Positions 61,013 through 64,000 of a DNA stretch of 64,000 bases are shown one piece after another. Source of the DNA: Octopus sinensis (lineage: Eukaryota); the NCBI RefSeq assembly GCF_006345805.1, contig NC_043003.1:48484001-48548000 (forward strand). The letters run 5' to 3'. Position numbers and translations under genes: made by a program. The notes beneath the pieces were generated by a model. The model did not search any database and was not told the DNA's origin. It worked only from the letters and a program-made list of their open reading frames with translations. The first letter of the stretch is position 1. Every line of letters starts with the position of its first letter.

Positions 61013-61149
61013 TTAAGAAAGCTGCAAAAACATCACAAAAACTGTTACTCAGAGTCTCACATTCCCATTCATTGGACAATTTAGGTCCGACGAACGGGAA
61101 CATGAAACACTGAGTAACAGTTTTTGTAATGTTTTTGCAGCTTTATTAA
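61013..61149. repeat. Fold-back, 65-bp arms, 7-nt loop, with degenerate hammerhead in each arm
   Basis: Arms 61013-61077 and 61085-61149. Confidence 0.8.
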
Positions 61150-61465
61150 TAAAATACACACACACAAACACACACACACATGTATTATTTACCCGTGTGC
61201 GTGTGTGCATGTGTAAAATGGTGAACAAGACTTCTAGAATTTTCTGTTTAGTTTGTGACTTTTGGAAATTCCTTTATTGGTTTGTATACAAGTACTAAAT
61301 TATCTCATGGGTGCCTGTTTCCCTTTCCACTTATGCTAGCAAAGCATGTGTCAGATTGCTACCAGTAATACACATCCATATGGGAAGTAGATATATAATA
61401 TATGTACATATTTTAAAATATATAACAATGTCTCTATTTTCAAGTGTCCATTCATTATATTTCAT

Positions 61466-61496
<31 letters not shown>

Positions 61497-62112
61497 ATAT
61501 ACACACACATATATATGCACATATATATATATATGTATAATACATATTTATAAATATGTATACATATACATATATATTCTCACATATACATATTTTTAGG
61601 TCAGCTGCCTAATGATGATATATATATATATATATATATGACACACACACACATATATATATATCCATCTGTCTGTCTTTCTCTCTCTCACTCTGTATGC
61701 CTGTCTTTCTCTCTCTCTCTATATATATATATACACACATACACACATACACACACACATACATGCAGCTACACACACGCACACATATACATGCATGCTA
61801 ATGAGGAAATACACAAGTCATATTATACACATTTTACAGCCAAATTTTACAGACGACTATTATAAATTAACAAGTTTAACTGGTTTCTTTTTATTTAGAG
61901 AATAGCACTGTAAAATGATTAAAGGGAACTCAGATATATGTAACACGGAAAAACAAAAAATTATCATCAGATCTTGAAGCAGGTTTTTAAAAAATTACTA
62001 CAAAGAACACACACAAAAAAAACTAAACAAAAGCAGACCCACACGCACACGTATGTATATATATATAATTACTGACGAATATGGTTCATTATTCAATATA
62101 CACATGAAATAA

Positions 62113-62333
62113 TCCTTTCTTATTTTGGCACAAGGCCAGCAATTTTGAGGGGTGGTGAAGTTAATTACATCGGCCCCCAATGCTCAACTACTGCTTATTT
62201 TGTTGATATTGATTGCAAAAGGGTGACAGGTGAAGTTGACTTTGGTGGAATTTGAACTCAGAATGTAAAGACGGATGAAAGACTGCGATGCATTTTGTTT
62301 GTTCGGCATGCTAACGATTCTACCATTTCGGTG
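62113..62333 (-). mobile_element. SINE family B, diverged
   Basis: Family match. Confidence 0.75.
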
Positions 62334-62726
62334 CCTTATAAATATGAAAAAACAAAAATAATAATTATTTCAAATTTAGACACAAGGCAGGAAGTTTTGG
62401 GAGAAGTGGGGAGAGGGGGTTTATCTTTTATCCTTTTTTTTTTTACTTGTTTCAGTCATTGGACAGTCAGTGGTCATGCTGGGGTACTGACTTGAAAGCT
62501 TTAATTGAACAAATGAACCCCAGAAGTTATTTTTTAAATCTGGTACATATTCTAGCAGTGTCTTTTGCTGAACCACTAAGTTATGGGGATATAAACAAAC
62601 CAACACTGGTTGTCAAAGGGGGGGTGGTAGTGGAGAAAGACAAACAAAAGCACAGACATACACACACATACAGCAGGCTTTGCCTACCAAATTCATTCAC
62701 AAGGTATTATTGATCAACCCAAGAAG

Positions 62727-62921
62727 GCAGTGAGCAGGCAGAAACGTTAGCATACTTAGCGGTATTTTGTCTGTCTTTACGTTTTGAGTTCAAATTCTGC
62801 CAAGGTCGACTTTGCCTTTCATCCTTTCAAGGTCGATAAATTATCAGTTGCATACTGGGGTCGATCTAATTGACTGGCCACCTCCCCCAAAATTTCAGGC
62901 CTTGTGCCTAGAGTAGAAAAG
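62727..62921 (+). mobile_element. SINE family B
   Basis: Family match. Confidence 0.8.
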
Positions 62922-63534
62922 ATTAATGGTCAACCCAGGGCCATGGTAGAAGACACTTGCCCAAGATACCATACATTGGGAATGAACCCCAAACCATGTA
63001 ATTGTAAAGTAAATACGCACAATAATACATTACACAAACATGTTCACACATACACATACACCAGCATGTATACACACACACAAGACACTAGCATGTGTAC
63101 GCACACACACAACTTATTTAATTATATAATACACAAATACATACATTTATACACACTCATATGGATGCACATGTGCATACACACACACACACACACACAC
63201 ACAGACACACAAATTTGATGAACTCTCTCATTGATTTGGCTAAACATGTGCTCCAGTTGTTCAATCAATGGAAATACTATTGTAGTCTTTCAGTTCATTA
63301 TTGGTGTAGGAGTGGGCCATGATGTGCTATTTCTCAGTCAGACATAATTTTGGAGCTATCAGTGTACGCGGCAGCTGTGTCCTACATAGAAATGTGTCAT
63401 GCCAATAGATTCACTTCCCGCCTTTCAGAGAAGCCAACTCTTTTCTATTCTTAAAAATGTCAATGAGCATTCCTACGATGAGCAGATTATGATTTGCTAT
63501 GAAAACTTGGGTCAAATCTGAGACTGGAAACATT

Positions 63535-63800
63535 TGTTTATTCCTTCTTGAGCCATGCCTGGCTCATAAGGGCCGGTTTCCCGATTTCTTTGGCATATAG
63601 GTTCCCCACTTGGACTGGATGCCAGTCCGTCACAGGTGAGCTGCAAGATGCAGGAGGAAAGAGTGAGACCTTCTGCCAGAGCCGCATGGAGCTTAGGTGT
63701 TTCGCTCATAAACACACACATTGCCCGGTCTGAGATTTGAACCTGCTATCCCTCAGCCGCGAGTCCACTGCTCTAACCACTAGGCCATGTACCTCCACAC
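63535..63800 (-). mobile_element. tRNA-head SINE (family C variant)
   Basis: Minus strand TGGCCTAGTGG A-box-like and GGTTCAAATCT B-box-like motifs. Confidence 0.8.
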
Positions 63801-63825
63801 TGGAAATATTAGCCTAAAGTGGTGC

Positions 63826-64000
63826 ATATTTTTTCACGCTAAGAGTTGCTGAAGCATGGAACAAACTGCCGGCATCATTTGTGAGTTGTCAGAGCTCTGC
63901 ATCCTTCAAAACTTCCATGCTTCCTGAGATTCACCAACACTACACCTGATTTTCTCCCCTCCATACACACGCAAGCATGTATCTGACTCATACACTGTTC
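63826..64000 (+). mobile_element. CR1 LINE 3' end, same family as 40611-41105; runs off the window
   Basis: FTLRVAEAWNKLPASFVSCQSSASFKTSMLPEIHQHYT*. Confidence 0.88.

Overview
AT-rich, microsatellite-dense eukaryotic DNA; the repeat content points to a cephalopod (Octopus-like) genome, which is inference only. The one supported host gene is on the minus strand: a class I Rab11-family-interacting protein (RAB11FIP1/2/5, Rip11-like). Five phase-compatible GT-AG exons (41256-41294, 27755-27857, 26525-26653, 19898-20061, 14999-15108) splice into VLRARNLVAKGKGGNNDVYATIQLGKEKYQTTTIKKARNPEWFEECDLTISNKDFEIKVNLFHRGKIADELIGYCIIPLQDYQDYDQQKSHWVTLKSKAKKNGIVKDQGELEVCLNFHMVKKDEDFPVLQRRSYTGSLRHLATTVAGRLKRSQSLIHRKEKAKPTLALSNSSKGSDSNRSSQ. 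Some weaker downstream exon candidates exist; the start exon and the C-terminal Rab-binding domain were not found. The rest is intronic or flanking repeat: three tRNA-head SINE families, many RTE LINE 3' ends, CR1 and R4/Dong-type LINE ends, mariner, hAT and Chapaev-3-like transposase relics, and TTAA/hAT/pogo-type MITEs. Most ORFs in the supplied track are artefacts of simple repeats. Highlights: (1) many fold-back (long inverted repeat) elements, several carrying minimal type I hammerhead ribozyme motifs of the Penelope-associated kind, with two near-intact copies at 47378-47413 and 47924-47966; (2) an RTE 3' UTR with a variable-copy internal tandem repeat, which at 56470-59143 has expanded into a 2.7-kb 33-bp satellite with 660-bp higher-order periodicity; (3) repeated insertion of elements into the internal (TA)n tract of one SINE family and into (TAA)n arrays.
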